This document shows positions 9,524 to 19,455 of a DNA stretch of 64,000 nucleotides, piece after piece. Location of the stretch: positions 124,001 to 188,000 of the IMG/VR virus record IMGVR_UViG_3300029908_000004, one strand, 5' to 3'. Every line of letters starts with the position of its first letter. The first letter of the stretch is position 1. Under the pieces are notes generated by a model, which saw only the letters and a list, made by a program, of their open reading frames with translations, had not been told where the DNA came from and made no database searches. The position numbers and the translations under genes were made by a program.

Positions 9524-9555
9524 AAATTAGGAGGTATTTAGGTACCTCCTACTTT
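9524..9555 (+). terminator. Intergenic hairpin, terminator-like
   Basis: TAGGAGGTA-TTTAGG-TACCTCCTA followed by CTTT. Confidence 0.55.
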
Positions 9556-9601
9556 GTGATAAAGATGAAAATTCAAGCGGCCCTAGGAGGGTCGGTTCTA
9601 G

Positions 9602-10174
9602 ATGAATAAAACACTTATAGCTATAGTTTTAGGCTTAGCCATGATTACTACAGCTTGTACAACCTCAATGATTAGCACAATCTTGGGTTATGTAAATACG
9701 TTCCTACCTATAGCTGAAACTATTACTGGTCTTGTTATGGCTACAGAAAACCCAACTTCAGTGGCTTCTATTCAGTCTGTTGAACAGAAGATTAACGCTG
9801 ATCTTCAAGAGATTCAGTTGTTAGGTGCTGGTTATTCAACAGCTAATGCTACTACCACGGATCAGAAGATTTTAGCTGTAGCTAAAGATATCCAGATTAA
9901 TATAAATGGAATCTTAACCTCAACTAACGTTGTTAATCCAACAACAAAGCTAGAAGTAGAAGCATTTGTTTTACTTGGTGATGATCTTGTGAATGACATC
10001 ATCAATTCTTTGCCAGTTTCTAATTCTACTGTATCTGCTTCTCAGGTTCAATTCAGGACTAGTACAGCAGTTAGTTCCTACAAGAAACGTTATAACAAAT
10101 TAATCCGCACTAAGAGCGGAGACGCACGAGTAGATGCCGTGCTATCAAGCAGACATAAACTTGTAACTTGGTAA
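9602..10174 (+). CDS. Putative lipoprotein (spanin-like candidate)
   Basis: MNKTLIAIVLGLAMITTA|C: basic N-terminus, hydrophobic core and an imperfect lipobox at Cys19; helical body. Confidence 0.55.
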   Translation: MNKTLIAIVLGLAMITTACTTSMISTILGYVNTFLPIAETITGLVMATENPTSVASIQSVEQKINADLQEIQLLGAGYSTANATTTDQKILAVAKDIQININGILTSTNVVNPTTKLEVEAFVLLGDDLVNDIINSLPVSNSTVSASQVQFRTSTAVSSYKKRYNKLIRTKSGDARVDAVLSSRHKLVTW

Positions 10175-10177
10175 ATA

Positions 10178-10212
10178 AATAGACCGTAACCCTAATAAGG
10201 TTACGGTCTATT
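10178..10212. repeat. Perfect 14-bp inverted repeat (intergenic hairpin)
   Basis: AATAGACCGTAACC-CTAATAA-GGTTACGGTCTATT, with no U-tract, directly before the next RBS. Confidence 0.8.
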
Positions 10213-10219
10213 AAAGGAA

Positions 10220-11098
10220 ATGTCAATGAGCTTTCTAAAACTGTCACCCGCCGGTCGTCGTTACGGGCGTTATCCTGATAACCCGTTTTCCCCAGCTAAA
10301 ACACTACTTAAAATAACAGCTCCATCTAATTTAGTATTACCACCAACTGCTACTACTTCTCAATGGATGGGCCCAATTCGTGATCAAGCACAAGAGGGTT
10401 CCTGCACGGGGCAATTGAAAGCTGAATACCGTGATTGGATGTACCGTAAGTTGTATATGTTTGAGAAAGATAAAACAATAGCTACAGCGGACTTTATGTC
10501 TTCAGCAGCTTTTGCTTATCAGACAAACCTTGCGGCTGATGGTGATATTGGACAGGATGCGGGATCAACAATCCACACAACGTTTAAAACTTTAAATAAG
10601 TTTGGTGTATGTCTAGCTCCACAAGAACCATATCTTGGAACAGATTATATGTCTGCCCCTACTCAACAAGAATATGCTGAAGCTCTTATCTATAAAGGAG
10701 GACCATATCATTCATTACCAACATTAACAGATGTTAAATTCTCAATTTCTTCTGGCTATGCCGTTGGTATAGGAATTAATGTGTATTCTTCTTTTGAAGA
10801 AACCCAAATACAGACTACTGGGTTTATGCCAATGCCGGCACCTGGCGAGAGTTTATTAGGTGGTCATGCACAACTAGTTTTAGACTATAATGACACAATT
10901 GCTTTCCCAGATGAAACCACTGGTGGTGTATTTATCCAGAATTCATGGGGCAGTTCATGGGGTATTTCAGCACAAGGCCGCACTGACGGCGGTTGTTATT
11001 GGATGCCTTATGCTTTCTTTAATTATCAAGACCCAAGTGGTAATGGATCGGGAGTCTCTGATATGTGGATGATGCATGAGGGCTCAATTTGGCAGTAA
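10220..11098 (+). CDS. Papain-family (C1A) cysteine peptidase
   Basis: RDQAQEGSCTG (Q56, C62), GGHA (H216) and IQNSWG (N241): a complete catalytic set. Confidence 0.88.
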   Translation: MSMSFLKLSPAGRRYGRYPDNPFSPAKTLLKITAPSNLVLPPTATTSQWMGPIRDQAQEGSCTGQLKAEYRDWMYRKLYMFEKDKTIATADFMSSAAFAYQTNLAADGDIGQDAGSTIHTTFKTLNKFGVCLAPQEPYLGTDYMSAPTQQEYAEALIYKGGPYHSLPTLTDVKFSISSGYAVGIGINVYSSFEETQIQTTGFMPMPAPGESLLGGHAQLVLDYNDTIAFPDETTGGVFIQNSWGSSWGISAQGRTDGGCYWMPYAFFNYQDPSGNGSGVSDMWMMHEGSIWQ

Positions 11099-11112
11099 AA
11101 TAAGTTAATTTT

Positions 11113-11138
11113 TGAGAGGATGCCATAACATCCTCTCA
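11113..11138. repeat. 10-bp intergenic hairpin
   Basis: TGAGAGGATG-CCATAA-CATCCTCTCA. Confidence 0.7.
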
Positions 11139-11151
11139 TTCTGAGGTTCTA

Positions 11152-11799
11152 ATGTATTATCCTGGCGATTCTTACACATTCACTCTATTTATAACAACTT
11201 CTACCGGTGTAACTCCAAGCGTAACGGCCAATCCAATGATACAGATAATAAATGCTGCTACTGGTACCTCTGTGCTAGGAACCGCTGGTGCAATGACTTT
11301 AATACCTAGTACCACCTGTGTATATAAGTATACGTGGGTTATATCTTCCTCTGCGACAGCAGGGGAATATGTAGCTGTAGCCTCTTATGCAGCTAATGGA
11401 AATACGTTCTCAGGTTATCCATTTGAGACTGTTTCCATAGGGGATTCCCGGATTACTGGAATAGTGGCATTAAATAATACAGTAGCTTTAAACGCTACTG
11501 TTGCTAAAGATGCTACTGTTGCCCACTTTAGTGATTTGGCTAATATAAACCCAACTTCCAATCCAACGGTAATGGCTATAAAGGCTAAAACAGATCTAAT
11601 ACCAGCGATTCCTGCTGCACAATCTGACGTATTATCAGTACAGACAGTAGTAGATTACATCGAATCTATAGTGGCTGCTGATATGTCTATTGATAAAACT
11701 ACTAATCCAGTAGTTATGACATTAACTTATGAAGGTAACACTATAGCTATCTATAACATAGTTGATGACTCAACTACTTCTGGAAGAATACAAACCTAA
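11152..11799 (+). CDS. Putative virion structural protein (N-terminal Ig-like beta-sandwich)
   Basis: 215 aa, T/A/V-rich and beta-type; translationally coupled to the fibre gene. Confidence 0.55.
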   Translation: MYYPGDSYTFTLFITTSTGVTPSVTANPMIQIINAATGTSVLGTAGAMTLIPSTTCVYKYTWVISSSATAGEYVAVASYAANGNTFSGYPFETVSIGDSRITGIVALNNTVALNATVAKDATVAHFSDLANINPTSNPTVMAIKAKTDLIPAIPAAQSDVLSVQTVVDYIESIVAADMSIDKTTNPVVMTLTYEGNTIAIYNIVDDSTTSGRIQT

Positions 11800-14700
11800 T
11801 GACCCGGTTGATTGACCCTTCACAATATTTCACTAGATACCAATCAGATGCACGTTACTTGGGCAGGTCACAACCTGCCCCACCACCTATTGGGCTATCT
11901 ATGATATCCACAGCCCTATCTGCTACTCCTGGCTATTCCTCTGTAGTGATTGAGTTGATTGATCCCTCTATTCCGTTTTGGGCGGATACAGGTGGTCCTT
12001 ATGTGTATTATTATATGTTTGATTGTACACCTACGATAGCCGGTGTGGCACAAGCAACAAATACAATAACTTTACCATATTCTTCTTCTTGTATTTACAC
12101 CTTACCTGCGTTAATATCTGGTGCAAATTACTCTATATCTGCTAGAACTGTAGATTATACCGGACAGCCAGGAACAGAGAGTACAGCAGTAGAAATAACA
12201 ACAACAACAAATACTTCTACTCCTACAGCTATAACTATTACTGCTGCCCCATGTATTGGTGGTGCGCAGATAGTTCTTAGTGCTCTCAATACTGATCCAG
12301 ATTTTAGTCAATATGAACTCTATAGAGGAAATGGTTATGTAAGCTCTCCAGTATCTTGGGGAGTCGCTCCCATTATTGTAGCTACATTTACTAACGTTAT
12401 GATACCTAATGGGGTGTTTATCGACCATTCGATACCTGCTACTTCTACTGATTATTATTACTATATAGTTGAAGTAAATCTGAGTGGCAACACCACAGTC
12501 ACGCCAATTGTAGGACCATTAAGCCTAGTTGGTACTAGTGTAGCTCCTCCACCTACACCAAGTTTGGTAACAGCTTCTGGAACAGTAAATTCAGACGGTT
12601 CAATAATTATCTCCTTTCAATCGTTAACATTAACAACAGCCCCAACAGTTACATCCTATAATATCTATCGTAGAATTACTGGAACTGCTCAGTGGCTATC
12701 ATTAGTTAATTTACCAACAACGATGGAAGTAAACTCTACTACTATCACTTATATAGATACCTACACTATTATAGGAATGAACTATACTTATGGGGTAACC
12801 TCTGTAGACTCATACGGCGATGAAAGTAGTATGGACACAGATCATTTAATTATGGTGACCTCAACGGTTACAACAACCATAGCAGCTCCAAGCGATGTTG
12901 TATTAACTGGGGTACAAGGTGGGGTAAACGTATCTTGGCTTATTACAAGAGGAGCTGTTGGTTATGAGATATGCTATAGATTTGCGCAAGTTGGATCATC
13001 AGATTTAACTTCGTGGAGTGACCCAATAAATGTACAATCTAATTCCTATACAATTTTTGGTCTGGAATACCCAGAATCTCCAGTTGGCCCGCCAACAAGA
13101 GATGTATTAGCTAATAGTTTTGAGGTGAGCCTCCGTTCATATAATTCGATAATGGATTATTCTCCGTACTCTTACTTAATAGCAACATATCCAGATTTAA
13201 ATAATTACTTTCCGGCTGATACTTCGTTACCACCAGCTCCTATTAAAGTTACGCCAGTCATAAGTAACGCAGCTTCTATTACGCTTACTTGGACAGCTCC
13301 TGTTACTAATAGTTTAGCTGGATATCAGATAGAGCAACAATCTGTTTACGATGATACACCTAGCTCTTGGTCTATATTAGCACTTATAAACGACCCAACT
13401 GCTGGGACTAAGTCTTTTATTGCTAATGGTTTAGAGCCGTATGCTTTTACTAACACTTCTTATATATTTAGGGTGAGAAGTGTAGACACAAGTGGTAATT
13501 TGTCTTCACCAAATCTAGTGTTCAACCCTGGGTTTGAAGATGTACCAACCACCTCTCCTTTTGGTATCCCTTTCTGGTCTTATATTGGTGACGCTCCATC
13601 TATTATAACTACTGATACCAGAAATAATTCTCTTCGAGCAATGAAGCAAGATGGTACTACACAGCTATCACAATCAATAGAGGTGATTGGCGGTTTAGTT
13701 TATACCGCCTCTTGCTTTGTTACTAGTGACCCAGCTATTAATGGGTCCCCTAATCCAAACACTTCTGTCCAAATGCAGATAACGTTTTCTAATACATTAG
13801 GGTTATCAGAAACTTATAATAGTAATAGGATCACAACGAATATAGGTTATCAAAGATTAGTTGTTACCGCTACAGCTCCTATCGCAGCTACCATAGCTAA
13901 AGTTACTCTTCTTAATGACCCAACAAATACAGCACAAACAGCCATATGGGATGATGCACAAGTTGAACAATGTCCTTTCGCTACTATTTATGCTGATGGT
14001 AAAACGGAACAAGTAAATGCTGTTGAGACTAGTGGACCACAACCTTATCTTGTAAATGGGTTACCACTTGTGTTATCTATTGCTGGGTCTTTGGGGGCTA
14101 TTAATTTATCATGGATTAACCCATCTAGAGATTTTAGTGGTTACTATGATTACATAAACGGTGCGTTTGAGATATGGAGAATGGTAACTGTCTCTGAACA
14201 ATCAAATATGCCAGTATCCACTAGTTATATAAAGATAGCAGAGGTACCCTCTTTTGTGTCTGCCAGCGGTATAACTAGCTACAATAGTTATTCTGATCTA
14301 CAACCGGAAGAAAACAATAATATTACTGCTTCCTATGAATTACGTGGAATAGATAGATTCGGTAATGAAGGAAATCAGGTTCTAGCCGGTCCTTTATCTG
14401 CTACATCACAGACTCCTAATGATATACAGATAGTGACAGACATCCACGTACCACCACCGACTCCTATATTGGTTGGCAGTGGTTGTGGGGCGGTAGCAAA
14501 TTCAGATGGTAGTATCTCTGTGTCTTGGAATGGGATCACCCCCTTAGATTGTGTAACTCTAGGTGGTTATAACTTATGGAGGATGATAATCCCGTCTGGT
14601 ACAACACCAACCCCATTATGGAATTCGTTATTAGCAACAATTTCTATAGGACCTTCTACTGGTGGGGATATAGTAACATTTATAGATACTAGTACTAACC

Positions 14701-16490
14701 CAGGAGCGTTATATTGGTATAATGTTTCATCATTCGATAGGGTGGGAAATCAATCTCCCCCTAGCTCTACATATTTTACCTGTACCTCTGCTAATTATTC
14801 TCTTCCAGAACCGGTGCCATCAGGCAGTGTGATTGGGACAGGGACTATGGGGGCGATAGTTTTAACATGGTCCCCTTCTCCAAGCAATATTAACCAATAT
14901 AAAGTATATTGGTCGAACAATTATGGAACTTCTTTTACTTCATTTACAGTTTCTGGAACTACAGCTACAGTCGTGTTAACTAGTGGAGACCCAGCAGCGT
15001 TATTAACAACTGATTTTTCTGCGCATATCACAGCTCTTTCTATCAGCCCTAATTCATCTACTGGGTTATACGTAGAGTCTGCTCCAGTTAGTATGAATAC
15101 GCCTCCTGATCTGACTGGATACATGCCACAGACGTCAGGTACCCCGGCTCCACCAGCTAGTATAACAGCCACACCACAGACGTCAACAGATATAACTCTA
15201 TCTTGGCCTGCTTCTACTTCCACAGATATAAATTATTATATAATTGAAAGCCAATCAACAAATAATAACACTATGGTATCTTCTCCTTGGTGTTATATAG
15301 GGACGGTACCAGCTCCTTCTACAGGATACAGGGTATCTGGGCTACAATCTAGTACGATAAGCCAATTATTATGGACATTTAGAATTTGGTCAGTAAATAA
15401 TACTAGTGTAGTGTCTGCTACTCCTGCGGTATCAAGTCCAGTACCTGTATTAATAGATACTACCCCTCCTGCTATACCGGTAGGTCTAAGTGGGACATTC
15501 CTGAATAGTGGATCTACAGCTACTGCTACTATTTGTTGGACTCCAAATATAGAGCCGGATTTCGACCATTACCTATTACAGTACCAAGCTAGTAGTTTAT
15601 CTGGTACACCAACATCTATAAATGTTCCTGGTATTACACCAACTACTACTATAACTGGATTACCACAATCTATTAGTTATAATTTTATGGTAGCCGCAGG
15701 GGATACTCTTGGTAACACTAGTGCTTTCTGTTCTCCTCTAGTTATAACTTCAACAACCGGTAGTGGCACAGTACCAACTGCTCCAACGGTTTCTGAAACG
15801 TTTACCGCCCCTTATTCAGGTATTTTAACCATTACGTATACCCCTCCTTCTAATTTCACGTGCTATTCGATTTATAGAGCAACGACTAGTTCGCAAGGAT
15901 CTTTATTAGGCACCTGTACTACTAGTACATACACTGATTTCGTTATGTCGTATTCTAATATAACTTATTACTACTGTGTTACAGCTACGAACAGTAGTGG
16001 TCTTTCAAGTGTGATTTCAAATATTGTATCTATAACTTATACCGGAACTGGAAGCAACGGGGCTTGCCCGGCAGAAAATATGTGGGTTACTCAGGATAAG
16101 CAAGCAAAGCAAGTTGTAGCTGGGGATTTATTAGATATTCTGCTGAATAACGATGTATCAAGCAAAGGGCTAGTGATTTCCAATTCTCATACTTACGCAG
16201 CTTGTGTAGAGCTGAAAGCGGATAATGGAGCCACTGTAATAGTTTCTAGGAATACGCCGATGGTATTAAAGGATAATACACAAAGGTATGCTTCAGAAAT
16301 GCAGCTACAGCTAGTAGCAACTGATATAGGAAACGGGATTGAATGGTCACCAGTCACTGTTTACGATGCTGGAATTCGTAGGGTTTGTCATATATACCTA
16401 GGAGGAAAGATTTTTGCTGCTGGATCCTCAAAAGATAAGAGGGTATACACACATAACTCCCTTGCTTATGGACCGATTAGGACAAAATAA
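11799..16490 (+). CDS. Large fibronectin-III repeat fibre protein with a CBM-like domain and a C-terminal Hint domain
   Basis: About 10 FN3-type repeats (e.g. ITLTWTAP...AGYQIE...YIFRVRSVDTSGNLS). NLVFNPGFED...W...LSQSI...YTASCFV is CBM4/9-like. Ends in a Hint-like domain. Confidence 0.8.
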   Translation: MTRLIDPSQYFTRYQSDARYLGRSQPAPPPIGLSMISTALSATPGYSSVVIELIDPSIPFWADTGGPYVYYYMFDCTPTIAGVAQATNTITLPYSSSCIYTLPALISGANYSISARTVDYTGQPGTESTAVEITTTTNTSTPTAITITAAPCIGGAQIVLSALNTDPDFSQYELYRGNGYVSSPVSWGVAPIIVATFTNVMIPNGVFIDHSIPATSTDYYYYIVEVNLSGNTTVTPIVGPLSLVGTSVAPPPTPSLVTASGTVNSDGSIIISFQSLTLTTAPTVTSYNIYRRITGTAQWLSLVNLPTTMEVNSTTITYIDTYTIIGMNYTYGVTSVDSYGDESSMDTDHLIMVTSTVTTTIAAPSDVVLTGVQGGVNVSWLITRGAVGYEICYRFAQVGSSDLTSWSDPINVQSNSYTIFGLEYPESPVGPPTRDVLANSFEVSLRSYNSIMDYSPYSYLIATYPDLNNYFPADTSLPPAPIKVTPVISNAASITLTWTAPVTNSLAGYQIEQQSVYDDTPSSWSILALINDPTAGTKSFIANGLEPYAFTNTSYIFRVRSVDTSGNLSSPNLVFNPGFEDVPTTSPFGIPFWSYIGDAPSIITTDTRNNSLRAMKQDGTTQLSQSIEVIGGLVYTASCFVTSDPAINGSPNPNTSVQMQITFSNTLGLSETYNSNRITTNIGYQRLVVTATAPIAATIAKVTLLNDPTNTAQTAIWDDAQVEQCPFATIYADGKTEQVNAVETSGPQPYLVNGLPLVLSIAGSLGAINLSWINPSRDFSGYYDYINGAFEIWRMVTVSEQSNMPVSTSYIKIAEVPSFVSASGITSYNSYSDLQPEENNNITASYELRGIDRFGNEGNQVLAGPLSATSQTPNDIQIVTDIHVPPPTPILVGSGCGAVANSDGSISVSWNGITPLDCVTLGGYNLWRMIIPSGTTPTPLWNSLLATISIGPSTGGDIVTFIDTSTNPGALYWYNVSSFDRVGNQSPPSSTYFTCTSANYSLPEPVPSGSVIGTGTMGAIVLTWSPSPSNINQYKVYWSNNYGTSFTSFTVSGTTATVVLTSGDPAALLTTDFSAHITALSISPNSSTGLYVESAPVSMNTPPDLTGYMPQTSGTPAPPASITATPQTSTDITLSWPASTSTDINYYIIESQSTNNNTMVSSPWCYIGTVPAPSTGYRVSGLQSSTISQLLWTFRIWSVNNTSVVSATPAVSSPVPVLIDTTPPAIPVGLSGTFLNSGSTATATICWTPNIEPDFDHYLLQYQASSLSGTPTSINVPGITPTTTITGLPQSISYNFMVAAGDTLGNTSAFCSPLVITSTTGSGTVPTAPTVSETFTAPYSGILTITYTPPSNFTCYSIYRATTSSQGSLLGTCTTSTYTDFVMSYSNITYYYCVTATNSSGLSSVISNIVSITYTGTGSNGACPAENMWVTQDKQAKQVVAGDLLDILLNNDVSSKGLVISNSHTYAACVELKADNGATVIVSRNTPMVLKDNTQRYASEMQLQLVATDIGNGIEWSPVTVYDAGIRRVCHIYLGGKIFAAGSSKDKRVYTHNSLAYGPIRTK
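16065..16457 (+). other. Hint (intein-like) domain, 131 aa
   Basis: Begins at Cys (CPAENMWV...AKQVVAGD), block-B-like VIVSRNTPM, block F RVCHIYL, and ends YTHN followed by Ser. Confidence 0.72.
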
Positions 16491-16503
16491 TCAATCATTT
16501 ACC

Positions 16504-16510
16504 TATACTA
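16504..16510 (+). promoter_or_regulatory. TATACTA -10-like element
   Basis: In the 48-nt gap before 16539; one of four intergenic copies. Confidence 0.35.
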
Positions 16511-16538
16511 TGAAGTAGTATGGAGAGGATCCCAATAA

Positions 16539-17096
16539 ATGGGGCGTGTAAACCGCTTACGCTACATAGAATTCAGATTGGTTGACTTATCTAGCAACCC
16601 AATTACAGGGAGGGTTTTGTCCCAATTACAGGTATTCTTTACAAGAAACGCGGTGGTTTGCACAGATCCTTTATCTTTGGTGGAATTAGGTAGTGGTAGG
16701 TATATATTAGAGTACACTCCTTCTGCTGCGGGTCACGATTATCTAGAAATGTATGACCCACCTTCTCAGATTAGAATCGAAGACTCAGAAGATATAGATG
16801 ACGCTAATACATTCTTTGATTTGAGTGCTACCGTAGGTGTTAGTCAGGATTATGGCAGTATTGGTAGATATAAAGTCATTGTATCTAACCCGAGTTCTTA
16901 CGTACTTTACGTGTTTTATACATCTGATTGGGACGCTGGAAAGACTGCCACAAACTTTGCATTGGCAGCTACGAATATAGACAGCTCTGGTAACTGGCTG
17001 TCCACCCCTATAACTTTAGTTCATGGCACTTATAACTTAGTTTTATTTGGGGCAGACGGAACAATAATAGTAGTAGCTGCCAGCTTAGTCGTTTAA
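16539..17096 (+). CDS. Hypothetical virion protein (two small beta domains)
   Basis: 185 aa with a GGAG RBS; VELGSGRYILEYTP is Ig-like. Confidence 0.6.
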   Translation: MGRVNRLRYIEFRLVDLSSNPITGRVLSQLQVFFTRNAVVCTDPLSLVELGSGRYILEYTPSAAGHDYLEMYDPPSQIRIEDSEDIDDANTFFDLSATVGVSQDYGSIGRYKVIVSNPSSYVLYVFYTSDWDAGKTATNFALAATNIDSSGNWLSTPITLVHGTYNLVLFGADGTIIVVAASLVV

Positions 17097-17107
17097 TTGG
17101 AGCAATA

Positions 17108-17881
17108 ATGAGAAATTTGATTTTGCATGTAACACTACCAAAAGGACTATCGTTAACTGATGGCAGAATATTGGAACAAGACGTGACTTACGATTTGGTA
17201 TCACAAATCGAGCCATATTTTTGTTCTATAGATCAAGTACGTCTAGCTGGTGGGCAAATACTTCGTAAGCTATCGGACTTAACAATAGCTTGTCAGATTT
17301 ATCAATCTAGTGAAGAAGCACGTCTTATTTCACCTATGCCCTTTTCTAGCTCTGTAATAAACAATACTCCTTATAACAATATTACACATCATAGGTTAAT
17401 TGGGTGTAGGAATCAGTGGGTAACTGCCGCTGCTGCAAGGGATTTAATCTTAGGTCAGGGTACACTATTAGGTGGTCCACAATCCCACGTATTAGCAAAT
17501 TTCTCTGTTGAGAGATCAAGAGGATTCCAGACTGAGGGTACCCCAGCCAAACTTAAGGAGTTGGGTGATTCAATCAAATTCTATGAAGTAGCGTTAAGAA
17601 GTTCTGGGTATACACTTCCCGGTGGAAGACCAAGATCAGGTATGGCAGCAAAAGGTGTATATGACTGGACAGAAAGAACACCAGCAAGAACTTGGACGTC
17701 AACTGGTCTAGGTGCAAACGCTACATCTATGGATTTCGGTTCACCAACTGGTGGTCGTGGAAAACCAACAAAGTTTTTTGCTTCTCCATTCTATTCTCCA
17801 CCTCTTATTAATCTAAGATCTGGTATTTTCCAAGGAACTTATCCATTAGTTATTCAAACAGCATATCCATTATCAGTATAA
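17108..17881 (+). CDS. Putative head-completion/neck protein
   Basis: 257 aa, located before the neck and terminator genes; the call is positional. Confidence 0.45.
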   Translation: MRNLILHVTLPKGLSLTDGRILEQDVTYDLVSQIEPYFCSIDQVRLAGGQILRKLSDLTIACQIYQSSEEARLISPMPFSSSVINNTPYNNITHHRLIGCRNQWVTAAAARDLILGQGTLLGGPQSHVLANFSVERSRGFQTEGTPAKLKELGDSIKFYEVALRSSGYTLPGGRPRSGMAAKGVYDWTERTPARTWTSTGLGANATSMDFGSPTGGRGKPTKFFASPFYSPPLINLRSGIFQGTYPLVIQTAYPLSV

Positions 17882-17904
17882 GTATTTAATAAGGAATTAA
17901 TATA

Positions 17905-18072
17905 ATGACTGACCCCACAACAAAGTATCCAGTCCTTTCTAATGTTAACTTGTCAGAACAATTATGGGGTGAGATTAGAGCAATAGAGACCCCAGTCAAA
18001 AATTATTCCCTATGGAATGAGATTAAAGGAAGAGAAATAACAGGCAAGAATTATTCCTTTATGGAGAAGTAA
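17905..18072 (+). CDS. 55-aa micro-ORF with a tandem 16-aa repeat (not in ORF track)
   Basis: AAGGA RBS and ATG 17905. It fills the gap exactly, with the stop abutting ATG 18073. Repeat units are LWGEIRAIETPVKNYS and LWNEIKGREITGKNYS. Confidence 0.6.
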   Translation: MTDPTTKYPVLSNVNLSEQLWGEIRAIETPVKNYSLWNEIKGREITGKNYSFMEK

Positions 18073-18618
18073 ATGCAATATTTTCCAGATACACCAAATA
18101 TCGATTTACGTGAAGAAATGGACGCTTTGTTGTTCGGGCGTTCGGATGTAAATTCTATTGGTAAACGTGTCATTCTAAGAAGAATAACAAACGATAAATG
18201 TGTTTGTTGGGATGAAACTTCTGGTGGTCCAAATAGAATGTGTGTTTATTGTGGTGGTGAGGGATATCTATGGAGAGAAACTTATGAAACTATGTGTGTG
18301 GTCAGAGGCATAGCCCCTGTGTATAAACCCGGAGTTCTGGCTACTGGTTCGTACCCTATGGCCCAGTATGGTTATACAGATCAGAACACTGGCACAGCGT
18401 TCGCTAGGTTTGATTGTTATATAAATTATGAGAGATATACCCTTCCAGAACACCTATCCTACGACAAGATGTATGAACTAAAAGTCAACGAAGATGGTAG
18501 TTTATTTCATCCGTTAACACGAACAATAAAGTGGAAAGTGTTGACCGTAGTGCCCGTTCATGGTGATTTCTCAAGGATCGAATACTTTGAGTTGGCACTT
18601 GAAAAAGAAAACGTATAA
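18073..18618 (+). CDS. Putative neck/head-closure protein with a zinc-binding motif
   Basis: KCVCWD...MCVYCGGEGY; positioned before the tail terminator. Confidence 0.55.
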   Translation: MQYFPDTPNIDLREEMDALLFGRSDVNSIGKRVILRRITNDKCVCWDETSGGPNRMCVYCGGEGYLWRETYETMCVVRGIAPVYKPGVLATGSYPMAQYGYTDQNTGTAFARFDCYINYERYTLPEHLSYDKMYELKVNEDGSLFHPLTRTIKWKVLTVVPVHGDFSRIEYFELALEKENV

Positions 18619-18663
18619 ATAAGGTTCGCATGGGTATTTAAATCTATGAGTTAGAGTCAGAAC

Positions 18664-18678
18664 TGCTATACTAATTAG
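18664..18678 (+). promoter_or_regulatory. Extended -10-like element TGcTATACTAATTAG
   Basis: Intergenic, about 40 nt before ATG 18707. Confidence 0.45.
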
Positions 18679-18706
18679 GAATAGTTGGAGAGATATCGGG
18701 AGTTAT

Positions 18707-19420
18707 ATGGATCGCTACTTTAAAAGAGGGTATGACAAGAAGGAACCTAGAACAAATAGACATCTTTTAGAGCCACCCATAAGATCTACTTTACCAGCGG
18801 TCGATATACCAGGATTTTTTGATGCGGTGGAGGCTGCTTTACAGATTCATATTAAATCTTATGGCACTCCAGAGGGGACAACCCCAAAGTTTGAGCATGA
18901 ATTCCCTAGGGAACGAATGACAAAAACGGATGATCCATTCGATGTAATTACTTTTAGAGTGGTTAGTAGTTCAATGGCTCCAACAATGAACGATGGATCA
19001 GCACCACGGACTCCAGAAGTGAGACAAATAATGCCTCACCCAAAGCAAGCGGGCTACAACCTCGTCGTCTATGGTTGGTGGGAATTAGTTATTGTAGAGT
19101 TTAGCATTTGGTCAAGATCAAATTTACGAGCTGATTTATTAACTAATTGGTTTCATCGATTCATGGTTAAATATGCTACCGAACTGGATTATTTCCTTGC
19201 TCGTGGCGTACAGCATTTTAGATTCGTCGCACGTGGCGACGACGATTTCGATTCAGAACAGAGACAGGAAATCTACCGTCGTAGATTGAAGTATGAGATC
19301 CGTCTTGAATACCTGGACACACTAATGGAGAAGACGCTTCAGAGTGTTGACTTAATAATTGGGGTTGCAAAGCAGACCGACACGATCGTTATACCAAGTG
19401 ACCCAAACAGCGACAAATAA
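18707..19420 (+). CDS. Putative tail completion/terminator protein
   Basis: 237 aa immediately before the sheath gene; VEFSIWSRSNLRADLLTNWF...RRRLKYEIR. Confidence 0.55.
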   Translation: MDRYFKRGYDKKEPRTNRHLLEPPIRSTLPAVDIPGFFDAVEAALQIHIKSYGTPEGTTPKFEHEFPRERMTKTDDPFDVITFRVVSSSMAPTMNDGSAPRTPEVRQIMPHPKQAGYNLVVYGWWELVIVEFSIWSRSNLRADLLTNWFHRFMVKYATELDYFLARGVQHFRFVARGDDDFDSEQRQEIYRRRLKYEIRLEYLDTLMEKTLQSVDLIIGVAKQTDTIVIPSDPNSDK

Positions 19421-19455
19421 AGTTTGTTTGCTATAGAGAGGGAGAATTTAATCTC

